Program-made: the position numbers and the translations under genes | Shown here: positions 28,611-42,526 of the stretch, in pieces | Numbering within the stretch: the stretch's first letter is position 1 | Layout: each line of letters opens with the position of its first letter | Assembly: GCF_009914755.1 (NCBI RefSeq) | Contig: NC_060930.1 | Reading direction: 5' to 3' (one strand) | DNA length: 64,000 bases | Origin: the human T2T-CHM13v2.0 reference genome, Homo sapiens | The notes under the pieces: model-generated | What the model was told of the DNA's origin: nothing | Database searches by the model: none | Seen by the model: the letters and a program-made list of their open reading frames with translations, nothing else

Positions 28611-29245
28611 TGACAGAGGAGTTAAGAAGAAAATACTTAAGCAGATAGTGAGGGTACGGGAGTCTTTGGTAAGGTTTTCTTTTTAATGAAAAGCAGCCCC
28701 CAAATCATTTTCTAACAAGGAGCAACCTGTAGAATCGAGCTGCAGACACACACAAGCAGGCTGAAAGCTTGCATAGGTGAATGCCGGCAGGACAGAGCTA
28801 CCTGGGACTAGGCATGTTCAAACTGGCGGCTCCACCTTCCCTTCTCTTTGACAGCCACGTGTAGAGTAAGGAGCAGACAAGATGGTGCAGGTCAAGTGGA
28901 AAGCCCATCTGCATAATAAGATCAGGTTGGGGTGGTCAGCCTTCTCTGGCACGTGCTATGTAAATGTCACAGCTCATTGAACCAATCTGTGGGCCCTAGG
29001 TAAAACAGACACCACCTCCTCAAGCCTGCCTATAAAATCCAGCAAACTCCCGGCCAGCTGATCTGCTTTTGGAAGCCCCTCTCTCTCACTAGAGAGAGAG
29101 AGAGAGAGAGAACTATTCTCCTTTATTTTTCTTCTGCCTATTAAGCCTCCACTCCTAAACTCCCTGTGTGTGTCCAATGTCCTAAATTTTCTTGGCGTGA
29201 GACGATGAACCCCAGGTATTTACCCCAGACATTGACGCTGCTGCA
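28611..29245 (+). mobile_element. MER50 solo LTR (ERV1)
   Basis: TGACAGAGGAGTTAAGAAGAAAATACTTAAGCAGATAGTGAGGGTACGGGAGTC start; TG...CA ends; exact 4-bp TSD GAAA; CCAAT near 28982 and TATAAAA at 29031. Confidence 0.88.
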
Positions 29246-29861
29246 GAAACGTACTATTTGAGCTTCCACGTGCTCTAGTCCCTTCATAAAATAGTTTCAG
29301 CTAATTTTTCCTTACAAATCTTGTGTATTTTGTGAGTAGAATTCAATAGTAGGCTCTCACATGCTATTCATTTCAAATCGCCCTCCTTTAAGCATCCCAC
29401 ACCAACCCCTCACCACCACCATCACTGCTGCTGCCAGCACTTCAGTTGCCTTCCAAATTGCTTATACAGGGTCTTAGACAGTCTCAGAAGTGAGAACAGA
29501 GAAGAGTTGTCACATTCAAGACCTATTGAGTTCCCAAGGGCTGATCACTGCTGTCCTCTTTCTTAAACCCGTGTCCCAAGGACGATGGCAAAGGGGAAGA
29601 GAGAGGGTGTGAGGGAGCAGAACGTGCTGACAGTCATGTCTCTCCTACAGCATGCTTTCATCAGCAGATGTCTGTTGATGCCTAAGGAAATCTGGGCGGT
29701 TATGAGCCCTACCCCAAAGAGCAGAGAAGTCATGTCCTCAGCCCACCAGAGGTGATAGTTTATTTCTCATCGGGGAACCTGAACTCTTGCTCTGCTGCTT
29801 AATGTCAGAACACCTGGCTGTCTTCTCCTGTGTTCCATTCTGCAAGTCAGAAGAACTTTTG

Positions 29862-29945
29862 CCCTCTTCTTCCTCTTCCTTTGTTGTTCTTTCTCTTCTT
29901 CCCTTTTTTCCTGCTCTTCCTCGTTCTTCTTTATTTCTCTCCTCC
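29862..29945. repeat. CT-rich low-complexity tract
   Basis: Direct reading; source of the E/K-rich spurious ORFs 29738..30042. Confidence 0.85.
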
Positions 29946-32900
29946 AAGAATCATTTACACAGGATAAAAGTGTTTTTACTCTTCCTACCTTGGTATGCTG
30001 TCCATGTTTTTTGCATGTCATGCTAGCATAAGGGTACTTCATGAGCCCTCTGTGTTCAGATTATTTCTGGAATTTCCCCAGAATCTCATAGCCTTTTTGT
30101 CTTTGGGATTTTTCCTACTTCATACAAATGTGCAAATTTGAGCAAAAAATTTCCTAATATCCCAGAACTTGGAAGGAACTGCTGTTCAAAACTTAGCTTA
30201 TTAAACAAAAAAAAGACAGCAAGTAGAGAATAACAGCAAATAGTAATTAGAAAACTCCCTTTGGGGTTGATTAAGGATTGGGAAAAAAAAAAAACTTGTC
30301 CCCTGTAAACATCACTGAAGAAGTTTATTAACTTCTAAACCAGACTATGTAAGCTATAAGCAAACAATTGGAATTGGGAGGAAGGGATCTATAGAATTGG
30401 AAACTGTCAGTCTGTTTGAGAATGCTGTGACTTTTCCCTTTGCTCCCTGAATAAGGAAGAGTAGAGGCATGTTTTTTTCACTCAGAGCCATTTGAAGAGT
30501 CTTTTGAGGGAATCATTCTTATAGACTGAAGGGGCAGGAAAAAGGGAAATGGACATTTCAGTTTCTGGTTTAATTTCTCCTTAAGCAGTAGACCAATTAA
30601 TCTGCCCCATACTTCAAATAGAAGGATGAAAACTTGAAGAAAGAAGGCAGGGGGAGGGAGCAGCATTAGATCTCTTCACTTAATATGACAATGTTGATTG
30701 AGTTTACTATGAATCAGGTGAGCAGAGCAAATTTATCAATCAAGATTCCTCCCAAATAGTGTGGAAACTAAGCCAGAAGAAAAAACAGCACGGGAGATCA
30801 TAAGTTGCACCACTGATGTGGGGGCCAAAGTAGGTTTTAGAGGGGTCAACTCAGAGTGGATGTTCTGGATCCTACTCCTGGCAGGCATCTTATGGCAGTG
30901 AGGATCAATAGTACTGATAGCAGTGGCAGAGGGGAGATGCCACTTTTTTTTTTTTTTTGCACTTGGCAATGGAAATTAGGTCAAGTTCTTTAAAAAATAT
31001 TATTAATTCTGTGATTTCTTGATCAGTTTGCAAAGAAGTAAACAAACTCTTAAGAATGGGATGATGAACTAAGAGTTTGACTAATGGAGAAATAGGAAGT
31101 CAAATTACATTTAGAGAAATAAAGAAATATGATTCCCCAACATATGTGAAATCTTTATACCTCTCAGTATACATTACAAAATAGATGACTCTGGATTCAT
31201 TTATGTTATAGACATAAACCAGGCGGTATCATCTTTTGTGTGCCTTTGTCCCTTTCTCTAGCAGAGATCATAAGTTGATAGCCCTGTGGGCTCTATTTAG
31301 CCCACATATATATGGATATTATATATCTATATATAGATATTTGGTTTGGTTTGGTTTCAGTTTACAAGCTAATAGAAACATTTTATAAAATTAATTTTTA
31401 TAATACTCGAAGGAGAAGCGTATCTTCCCATCTGAACCTGCACCCTCAGGCAGCTACTAGCAGGGCATTTGCTTTGCATCATCACACATAGACTGCTGAG
31501 TATGCAGACTACACCTTATAGGAGCAAGTGAGGTTTAGGAAAGAAGAGAAATGTCAGAAGACAATCCTGTACCACATACATCTTCCCAAGTACTACCCTT
31601 ATTATAAAATGAAGGCATCAGGGAAATATGTGTGTGAGTAGAGAAAAATCTCAGAACTACTATATGCTTCATTAAAAAAAAAAAAGAGGCTATGAAAGAA
31701 ATACTGAGAACCTGTTCTATTCTGCCTTGAACTTTGTGACTCTTCAGAAGAAATGGGTCAAGAGAACATTGAAGCATGAAGGTTGGTTCCTAGAGTCTTA
31801 ATGAAACTTCAAAAGAATGTCATGCATTCAGCCATACAGAGAAGCATCTTTTAGGAGCTAGCATGTCAGTATATTCAGCCCACTTAACTTTTTCTGCTAT
31901 GTCTCTGGTGTCTGTTTCCACACCATGGCTGTCACACCAAGGCCGGTTACTGGAAGGGAGGGGCCCTTTCCCACTCTCCTGCCACTGAGAAGAAAGGAAT
32001 CCACAGTCCTATTGACAAGGAAAGTTATGCCCTGGCTCCCTTGGGGGATTGGAACAGTATGAATTAATTTTTTTACAGGCATATTAATAAACATGGTAAT
32101 TAGGTTCTCTGCAGTACTGATAAAGTATTCGACTTTCGTAAATTTGGAACAATTTACCAACTTGCAGACACTCTAGTGAGTTGTTAAAAAAAAGAGCAAA
32201 ATCATCCCCTTATTTCATTAGGCAATCTTGATAGCTTAAAAGTAATTGAATATCTCATTGACCTTTATTATTGAAGACAGGTTGAATGTTTCTAGACATT
32301 TAAGGCACGTGCATAAACATAATAATTAAGACAAATAAAATGATATTTCTATTTTATTATCTTATTGTTTATTATGAATCTTTTATTTAATTAATATCAA
32401 ACTATGTGTTGATGAATGATATAAAGGACATGATGACATTCTTTATCTTTGTGTTCTAGTCCAGATAATATCACCTAAAATTTAAGGCAATTTAAGATTA
32501 TTTTACTTTTCTAAAAAGAAAGATATTCAATGGTTTTGTTCTTAGAAATAAATTGTGCTCTTCTTTCACAAAAGATCAGAGTTTTCTAGGAGATATCTAA
32601 TAATCCTAGGCATACAGAGCATTGACGTTAAGAAACAAGATATGAAGCTATTCTTTCTGTAACAATTATCTTATTGTTTTTTTAAATACCCTCAAAATGC
32701 ATAAGAGATCTGAAACTTCACTTATTAGTTTCCCACTAGCAAAACAAACAGAACGAAAGTTAGCATGAGGTCATTGATCAAAATCTAATTCAAAGTTCTA
32801 TATCTTGCTTAGCATGTGTTTAGTACCTAAGAAAAAATAACCCACTAGGGTGTAGCAGAAACACTATCTGATTCTGTGTCTCAGGTTGGCATTAAAACAG

Positions 32901-34067
32901 TTACTTTGTTAGAGTTGTCTATCACACAAAAACAGAATGGCATAAATAATGTATTGAATATTTTACCCCATGGACACTATTCAATTGTTAATAATATAAA
33001 CATAAATGTTGTTATATTATTGTCAGAACTACAGTCAATTTTACCTACATTTCAAAATATACTTACATTGATAGAATTTTTCAAGTATTTCCCTATGATC
33101 TACCTATTTCCCTAAAACTATGGAGAAGTTTTTGCTGCAGGCAGATTCATGAAACTAACATGTTGTATTTAGCCTGTGGAATCCTAGACTAGAGGAGTTA
33201 AGTTCCAGAAATGGACAATATGGTACCATGTACTGGAATTATATGCTTCTCTGGCTAAGAATGTGAGTGAGGGACTAATTTAATGCTTTTTGGTACATGA
33301 TAGGAGGGGTGGTACACCTAGTAAAGGAGTTCCTCTCAAAGAGGGCTAGGCCTTGAAGTCAACACTACCAGGCAAGAAAAAAATCTGTGAAAAGAGACCT
33401 CACAATCCTGGGAAGATGTAGTATCAGTAAGAGAATTGCAAGATAGCAGGCTTCAGATCTTCTGATCTTCCTGCCAATTGCTATGAAGAAATGCTCAAAC
33501 TTTTTTTTTTTTTTTGCTTTACTTAAAAGAAGATAGTGATGGTACATCTGGGTAGAAGTCCATTGTTAAATTATCTGTATATGCCACTTTCAGAAAAAGT
33601 AAAAACTTGGTCCCTGTCAAAGCATCAAGAATGTATATGTTTAAAATCCAAAGAAGGTTTTAAAACATTAGAGTATAAATCAGCTTCCTCAGTTTAAATA
33701 CAAAGTTAAACGCAAACTCTTTCTCCTATGGGAAAATACAATCAGATATTGTATCCTACTTGTGTCTGATCTTTGAAAGCAAAGTCACAATGATGACTGA
33801 TGAAAAATAACTAGGCTTAGACAGTAACGCAGGTTACTAACAGGTATATTTGGAGTTTGGGGACATTGTAAAGACTGCTGTAGAGCTGTATATTTCTCTC
33901 CCCAGAGTAGATAACTCTAAATTTTAATAGGTCCCACTTATGTTGACTGGAAATATCCTCCAAATTTTTCTGGACTGTGTTGGCCCTCTGACTTAGAACT
34001 AAAGTCTTGATATAGGAATCCAATATACACCACTGGAAACTTTAACATGATTACAGTAAAATCTCCA

Positions 34068-34626
34068 TGTTAGTTCTGAGATTGTGGAGGATCTGACAAA
34101 ACTCCCCTTGCAAGCTAGCAAGTTAGCTTTTTGTTTTCTTAATATGCATGTACTGATAGAAGAACACAAAACCCTAGGCCAGAGACACAGACGGTTTGTT
34201 ACTCATAGCAAAAGCAGTAGTCAGAGTAATATCTTAGCATCTTATTTCTACACCCCAGTCCCCCTTAGGGCAACATTATGAGTACAAGATGTTTACTTCG
34301 GCATGCAGCGGGGTTGCATTCCAGGAGAGGAAACCCCAAATTACGAAACTTTAAGCTTTTATGGGCTTTTAGCAATCTGCTCACCCTCCTCCCTAGAAAG
34401 AGAGAAATTACTCATTAACCTGGAAAGTAAGAAAAATGTTTCCAGGGAAGGGAAAGAGATTTCAGTAGATACATAAAAATAAACCATCACACTTCAGTAT
34501 CCTGAAATGTCTCTTTTTAGGGAGACACACTTTCTATAGCTCCCAAAAATATGTTTGCTATTCAAACATGCCCATTACTCAGAAGGCCTGGAACACAAGA
34601 AACCCATGAATAATTGTATCCCTACC
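34068..34626 (-). mobile_element. ERVL LTR (MER74/MER76/LTR53-like)
   Basis: CTTGCAAGCTAGCAAGTTAGC...CAGAGACACAGACGGTTTGTTACTCATAGC...CCCATGAATAATTGTATCCCTAC. Confidence 0.6.
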
Positions 34627-34688
34627 CTCCCATTGAGAAACTTTAGGGTCAGGTAGTGTCATGAGCCTTCGTATACTTGATCATATGA

Positions 34689-34728
34689 GGAAATTTTACT
34701 GACAAGTTGGAAATTTTACTGACAAGTT
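34689..34728. repeat. Perfect 2 x 20 bp tandem duplication
   Basis: GGAAATTTTACTGACAAGTT twice. Confidence 0.97.
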
Positions 34729-34971
34729 ATCATTGTCACAGGGGAGTTCTTTATAACTTGCCTTTTCAAGTGGTTGTGATGGATTCTTTATAGTCAAGGT
34801 TGTCAAATTTCTGTCTACAACATGCTAAGTAGAAACCGTTTACTCAGAGAATTAAAGCTGCTTTTCACTCTTATCTCAGTGGACAGCTGCCTTGGTTGAA
34901 TTGCTTTTTATTCTCACCATCTTCTCTATATGCAAACAACACCACTTTTGTTTTTCTAACTCATAAGTTTC

Positions 34972-35160
34972 TAGTTTTGAGGTATAATTTACACACACTG
35001 AAATGCACAGATCTTAAGTTTATAGTTCCATGAGTTTTGACAAATGCATATAGCTGTGTGTACCAAGTTGCAGAACATTTCCATTACCACAGAAATCTCC
35101 CTCATGCCCTTCTTCAGTCAAATCCTGCCCCCACCAGAGGCAATGAATATTCTATGATAA
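34972..35160 (-). mobile_element. L1ME 3' end fragment
   Basis: TTGAGGTATAATTTACAC...AAATGCACAGATCTTAAG...GAGTTTTGACAAATGCATA. Confidence 0.75.
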
Positions 35161-35199
35161 GCAACTTCCCTGAATCTTCACTGTCATCTCTGAAGGTTA

Positions 35200-35720
35200 C
35201 CTTCACCTCCCTGAAAATATAATTCTCACTTGAAAACGATGTTTTCTCTCTTACTCCACATATGTCAAAGCCTGAAGCAGGATAAATGCCTCACTTCATT
35301 AAATGACTCTACGAATTACTTAGTTTCTCAGGTGTATCACATAGAACTCATCCTTGATTCTTCCCATTTTCTTTCCATTCCACATCTAATTCACCATCTC
35401 TTCTACTATAATAACATTAGACTCAACCATCATCCCATTTCTCACCTGAATTTGTTCAGCATCCTCCTAAGAGGTATCTCTTTCTTTTCTCTTGCCTTTA
35501 GAGTCCACATTTTTTATCAGCATAAATCAGACTGTGCCTACCCCAAGCTTAAGACTTTTTTATTGTTTACCATTGCAATCAGAATAAAATCCAAATTACT
35601 TTCTATGGTATCTAAGGCTAAATATTCTGGCTCCTGCCCACTTTTCTGATTTCATTACTTTCACTCTGTCATCTCTGGACTCCTTGCCACTCACACTAAA
35701 CTTCCTGTCCCTTCAGGACA
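35200..35720 (+). mobile_element. L2 fragment
   Basis: TCATCCTTGATTCTTCCC...CATTGCAATCAGAATAAAATCCAAA. Confidence 0.6.
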
Positions 35721-35751
35721 GCCTCTTTCTCCTCTAGACATAAAGAAACAC

Positions 35752-36205
35752 CACCCTCTGATCCGTGGCAAAGTGGATGAGCCCAGAGGACCTTACGTTA
35801 AATGAAATGTGCCAGGAACAGAAAGACAAATATTGCATGTTCTCAGTCATGTGGAAGACAACAAAGGTGATCTCGCAGAAGTAAAGAGAAGAACAAAGCT
35901 TACTAGAGGCTGGGGATTGGAAAAGGATAGGAAAATGTTGGTAGATGAAAATAAAATTACAGCTAGATAGGAGGAATATATTCTATTGTTATATAGCACT
36001 GTAGGTTGACTATAGCTAATAATTTATTGTATATTTGAAAATATACAATAAATGAGGATTTTGAATGTTCCCAGCATGAAAAAAAGTACTTGAGGTGATT
36101 TATATGCTAATTACCTAGATTTCGTCATTACACATCATATACATGAATGAAAATATCACTTTGTACCCCCAAAATAGGTACAATTAATGTATCAATTAGA
36201 AATAT
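35752..36205 (+). mobile_element. L1MA (MA4/5-like) 3' end
   Basis: CAGAAAGACAAATATTGCATGTTCTCA...AAAATTACAGCTAGATAGGAGGAATA...AAATATCACTTTGTACCCC. Confidence 0.85.
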
Positions 36206-37118
36206 AATAATGATAAATAATTGAAGTTTAATTTGAATTGACAGCTCATAGATTTGAAATAAAACATAAACTGCATATTCACTGCCACCACTTTGCTCTC
36301 TCACACAATATTAGTGGAGACTCTCTAGCTCCACTAATTTGGTAAAGATACCAAATGAAGGAAACGGAAAAGGAGGGGTATTAAGAAATTGTCTTTCAAT
36401 TAGTAAAATCTGAAGAGGGAGAGCTGGCAGGGGTTAACCTGTGTTCCCTTGAATTCTGCCTTGAATTAGCTAGGAAATGAAGGTGTAGTTCTCTTCTGTG
36501 GTCTAGATTTTCAAAAGTTTGTAGCTAAGTTGAAATGGGAGCATGGCACCTCTAAATGTTCAGGTGAGTAGGACGGCCAGAATACGCTCTTTAGGGAATC
36601 ATCAATGCCAGATTGTTAAACAGAAAATAGAAGTGTACCTGCCAAAGATGTAAATATTTTATGTGCCATGGAAATAAATGACAAGGTCAAAACAGTTGGT
36701 GAGAGTGACATCATGGGGTCTAGATACAGATAAGTTCAAGAAAGTAGATGAGTTCTCTCATCCACCAGCGTCCAGCTGTTTATATAAATTCTCCGTGATA
36801 TGATATCCATGATATGATAGCCAACCAAGTGGGAAGACAAACTAAAACTTGTTGATGAATCTTTGAAATGGAGCCTGTAGGGCTTCAAAAGGGGGCCGAG
36901 TTATGCACCTTGAACATAACTGACTGATCATTGATTTGGGTTTTATTTACTTAAAAAAATCTTCATAAATTTGTCCTCCAATTGCTGGTCTGAATTCTAA
37001 GAGTTAATATTAAAGCAATTCTAAAAATAAAGTTATATATTAAGAACATCCAATTCAGTGGCTGCTAAAGTATTAAATCAGTAAAACCCAACTATTGCCA
37101 CTACTGCTAATGCCTGAC

Positions 37119-37483
37119 TAATATGGTTTGGCTGTGTCCTCACCCAAATCTCATCTTGACTTGTAGTTAACATGATCCCCAAGTGTCATGGGAAGGACCG
37201 AGTGGGAAGTAATTTAATCATGGGGGTGGGTACTCCCATGCTTTCTTGTTCTCATGATAGTGAGTTCTTACAAGATCTGATGGTTTCAAAGGAGCTTTTT
37301 ACCCCTTTGCTCTGCACTTCTTGCTGTTGCCATTTGACGAAGGACATATTTGCTTCCCCTTCCACCACAATTTTAAGTTTGCTGAGGCCTCCCTAGCCAT
37401 GCTGAACTGTGAGACAATTAAACCTCTTTCCTTTATAAATTACCAGGTACGTCTTTATTAGCAACGTGAAACAGACGAATACA
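37119..37483 (+). mobile_element. THE1C-like solo LTR inserted in a MIR
   Basis: ATATGGTTTGGCTGTGTCC...AATACA; TSD CTGAC/CTAAC. Confidence 0.9.
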
Positions 37484-37489
37484 CTAACT

Positions 37490-37735
37490 TTTACTAATCA
37501 CAAGGTAGGTGCCAGGTATTTGCATAGTTACCTCAGTCTACGTGTATTTAATTAAGTCCTTAGAACAATGTGATGAGGTAAATCCATATAAAATATATCA
37601 CCCTCATTTTACACATGACATAACTGAAGTACAGGTAAAATAAATACATTTCCCAAGTTTACCCAGCTAGTGAGTAATGGACACAAGATTAAAACTCTTT
37701 GTTGACTTCTTAAGCATTATATAATATTCCTCCAG
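37490..37735 (-). mobile_element. MIR SINE
   Basis: CCCTCATTTTACACATGACATAACTGAAGTACAG...CCCAAGTTTACCCAGCTAGTGAGT core. Confidence 0.7.
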
Positions 37736-40240
37736 AACAAATCAATCTGCTGTCCACATGTCATATATATTTGTAAAGTGGTTTACAAAGCAGCGTCTTA
37801 AAATCATTTTCTCTCTAACTGCCATTTCACCTGCTTGCTAACTCATGAATTATCTTAATTTTTAATTCATTAATATATTATTTATTTTATTGTGTTTTCA
37901 AGAAAACCGCTTTCGAATTTGTTAACCAATTTTACCATTTCTCTATTTTTCAATTAATCCTCTTTCATGTCTTTATTAATAATGACCTTATATTTGTTAT
38001 CATTTTCTAAGTTTTTAAAATGGCTTGGTGCTTAGAAATCTATGTTTCATGTTAAGAATATTTTCCTGAGTGCTTTCCTTAAAGCATTCCATAGGTTTTG
38101 ATATACTAGTTTCTTGTTTCCATCATGTTATGAAAAGCTTGTAAATGCAATTTTGATTCCTTCTTTGGCCCTAACATTATTTTGAGGTTTGTTTTAAAAT
38201 TTTCTATCAGGTTTGATTTTTAGAATAACTTTTTGTAAGATACCAGTTTTATTAGGTATATTCATGGGAATCTGTATATTCTTATTCATCTGAATTCACA
38301 TAATCTTTGAAAGCCTGACAGTGGTATGTCAAATCTATATCTGATTTAAGTCAATAGAGCTTATAGGCATAATAATTTATATAAGAATATATATATGTAA
38401 TTTGATATCAAAACATAACTCATTACATTCATGCTTTCCTGTTTGATAGAGGATCTAACTATTTACCATTTATTGGTATTTTATCTGCTGATGACATTTC
38501 TTGTCCACATAGACCATCAATGAAGAGAGGATGCAGAAATCCACTAAATATAGATTATATATTTGAGATACAGAAGGAGTATTCAGAAAAAAAATGGGTA
38601 TTCCTTGGCCAACATCTCGATCACAATCATGGAAAAACAAAATAGGATAATTTTAAGGGTAAAAGATGACTGTAGCCTGTGGAGGCCCAGTGAGAGCTCC
38701 TTGGTCTGACCTCCAGGATAAAGGGGCAAAAAGATTCTGTTATATCCAAGCCCCTGGAGGGAGAATTCCAGCTTCTGGAGTTTCTGAGCTAACAAACTCA
38801 GTGAGCCTAATTACAGAGTGCAGATGGATTCTGGATCATATAATAAAGCAACATCATAGTAAACTCTGCATCATATGGAAACCAGAAATTTAGAACCATG
38901 AGAAAAAGAGATGTTTCATATTAGAAAAAGAGAACATAAAACTAAGCCATAAAAATTCAAGAATGCACTTCTCAGAGTCTATTATATTTTGAGTGGATAG
39001 TATTGATTAGAAAAGGAGTTTAGTGAGGGAATCAGGAAAGCACCGAAAAAAATACGTAAAATAGAATGATTTAAACTGAAAATCCAGAAGCAATTTTATC
39101 ACCAGCAAGATCCTATGAAAAACAAGACAGAATGAAAATGAAGGAATGCAAATCATGTGGTCATTTGTGGGTGACTATCAAGGAGATGTGAACCAATCAT
39201 GCAGGTCAACTGAGCTAAGTAGCTAGTCATTTTGTCAGAAAGAGCTAGGGCCATTCCAGTGTGGCCCGAAAAGAGGGTCCCTTATTCCTTCTGACTGTAC
39301 TGCAATGAGAAAGCCACAGGAAAACAACAGTAATTAGAGAGACAGCTTCCGGCGACCTGGTATGCTTCTTCTACTTTGGATAGAAGTTTGGAAGGGATTT
39401 AGACAGCAAAAGGTGAAGTCAAGAGGAAACAAAATGAATTACTAATCAAAGTGCTAACTTGAGCCTGTGCAGTTAAGACAATTTGTACACATAGAACACT
39501 TGTCTTTCCCTCAGACTTTGAATAGCATTAGTGAGTATAATAATCTCATAGTTGCATCCTGATATTTTTTCTCTCCTTTTTCAATTCATTGGCATCACTA
39601 ACTGGAATGTTCTTTCGACTGTGATGTGACTGATTCTTGATATTTGGCTTTGAGTGGAGCAATTTCAACAGTGATTTTCCTACTTTCTGGGGAGGTATAG
39701 GAAGAATGGGCCTTCTCAGATCGAGTAGTGAGAGGGTAATATGTGGTCAATATTATTTACAACTCAGTCCTTTAAGTACATTATTGACCATCATTTTCCA
39801 ATGACTAAGTCAATTACAGTACATAATATTTCATATCTCTCTCCATGATACTGAGGATAGGAGGAGAAATGGGAAAGCCAACTTTGTGCTCATTGGCTCA
39901 TATATGTAGCCACAATTCATAACTTTGTCTACAAATTTATAAAAGTATATAGTTGAAGATACTCCTTCTAGCCTCAGTTCTGAGTAAGTCATCATTGTCA
40001 TCACAGCTGGAACTTATTGAGCTATGAGATAGGGACTGTTCTATACACTTTGCTGTATTTTAATTTATGAAGTCTTACCATAACCTGATGCTGTAAGGTG
40101 TGAATCACTATAGAGCTGCCAGAGGTAGCTTTAAGCCCAAAAGTGATAGGACCTGAGGGATCTGTAGGATCTGTATCAGGGTGAATGGGTCAATGGTTAG
40201 TTTTCGTATTGAGAGGAATGCTGTCTTAAACAGTGAGGCC

Positions 40241-40574
<334 letters not shown>

Positions 40575-41001
40575 TCAGCTGTGTTTCTTGAAGTCTTTAG
40601 GTTTGAGAGGTTTGAAACTTCTCCTCAGCACATATTCTATCCTTCCTGGAGATTGCCCTGATATTCTTCAGCTGTCCTAATTACTACATATTCTGATTTC
40701 TTAAAATCTCTTGAATCTTTTAACCAACCACTAATTTAGTTCAATCTTAAGAATGCAGAAATGTAAACAAATGAATTTTTTAAATACTATGGTGAAAGAT
40801 ATTTTCACTGAAAAATTAGAATTTCATATCTATTAGTTTTAAAATTTAACAACAATAAGTTTCATGTATTTTTGTTTGTATTCTTGACACACTTTCACAT
40901 CTATTATCTCACCTCATTCTCATCACCATTCTGAGATGAGGCAGGTCAGGGATAGTTAATCTTATTTTGGTGATGGGCAAATAGCCTGGAAAATAAAATA
41001 T

Positions 41002-41270
41002 TAGGGAGACATGATAGCTGTTTTCAGCTATGTCAAGGGTTGTCACAGAAAAGAAGAATTAGATAATTTTGTTCAGATTCAAAGGGTAGATCTGGGACTA
41101 GTGGGAGGAGTTGCAGGGAAGCAAATTTAGCTCCATAGAGAAAAGAGTTGCAGCAATTTCAAATATAGAATGGGCTGCCTTGATAGGCAGTGCATTTCCC
41201 CAAACTAGATGCTTTGCAATAGTTGGATGGGAAATGTATTCAGAGGTGGTAAAATCAGGGGAGAAAGACA
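41002..41270 (+). mobile_element. L3/CR1 LINE fragment
   Basis: AGGGAGACATGATAGCTGTTTTCAG...AAGGGTTGTCA...GAATGGGCTGCCTTG. Confidence 0.65.
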
Positions 41271-42252
41271 TTATCTGACATGCTCCCAAATGAGTGTATA
41301 TGATCTATAAATTGGAAGCATAAATAAATGTAGTGACTTTTTAAAATAGTCATATTCCAGGCATTAGTCAATCTTATCTGCCACAGCCCAGGGCTAATTC
41401 CGTTGGTAATCTGTAATCTATTACATCTTTTTGATAATAACAAAAACTTGGGCCAAGGTCCAAATGCTGATGTAGTTCTCCCTTCTGAGAAATACTAAAC
41501 CATAGAATGTTGAATTTTTCTTAATTTTTATCCCTATCAAGCCAGAAGATTTAGTTGAGCTTTACTTTCTATAGATTGTATTATGGAACAATTACTTTCT
41601 TATGTTATCATGTTATATGCATGGAAATTTTACAATTGGAATGTGCCTTTTCAAAGTACACAGACATTCTCTAGTCTTGCTTCACTCCTTTTACTTTTTC
41701 ACTTATTTCTCTCTCATTGGATGAAAAAAATCAGTTATACAAATGCACTACTTCCCAAAATACAAGAAGAAAATATTGGTTCAGAGTATGGATTTATTGT
41801 TGAAAATCTTACACTCTTCAAATCCATGCCAAAACTAACTAGGTGTCATTATGGCACAAAAGGAAGGAGTTGTATATAGATGCCCTAAGACAGACTGCAG
41901 TAAATACCCTGTTGACACGATCAGGAGTAGAGATTTAATCAAAGTGATAATGTATGAGACCTCTATCCCTAGGATTTACTTCAGTTATTAAAGCAAAATA
42001 AATGTTATAAACCATAAAGGTTATGTTTACAGTAGGAATGTTAGGGAAGACTACATGCATATGCAGGGCCAGCAACTCCTATGAGATATTACAGAAATGA
42101 ACTTAAAAAATGGCCATCAGTGCTAGAATCCTTCTCTCCATAATATTATAATTACAAACTTATCTTATATAGCAATAATAATTTTGAAAGCAGAATTAGG
42201 AAATAATTAAATTGTTATTAATTGCACAAAAAGAAGTTTCACAGAGAGTACC

Positions 42253-42526
42253 TGGTATGGTCTATTTATGCCCCCCTAAAATTTATATGTTGTTGAAATT
42301 CTCACCCCCAAGAGGATGGTATTAGGAGATATGGGCTTTGGAGGTGATTAGGTAATCTTTTTTCCCTTCTACCATGGGAAGACACAGGAAGAAAGTCCTC
42401 ACCAAACATGGCCTCTTGATTTCCCACTTCCCAGCCTCCAGAACTATAAGCCAAATAAAATTCTGTTGTTTATAAATTACCCAGTCTGTGATATTCTATT
42501 ATAGCAGCACAAAGCGTTCTAAGACA
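42253..42526 (+). mobile_element. MLT1A-like LTR, internally deleted
   Basis: CTTCCCAGCCTCCAGAACT...AAATTCTGTTGTTTATAAATTACCCAGTCTGTGATATTC...CTAAGACA. Confidence 0.8.

Noticed and set aside
28265-29945. Purine tract and pyrimidine tract flanking MER50 as a possible long-range stem
   Set aside because: Only compositional complementarity; no specific alignment
30794-31277. 14-bp direct repeat GAGATCATAAGTTG 470 bp apart
   Set aside because: No element with a tail or termini between the copies; compatible with chance
35230-35649. 139-aa ORF
   Set aside because: Lies in an L2 relic, starts at TTG and has no recognisable domain
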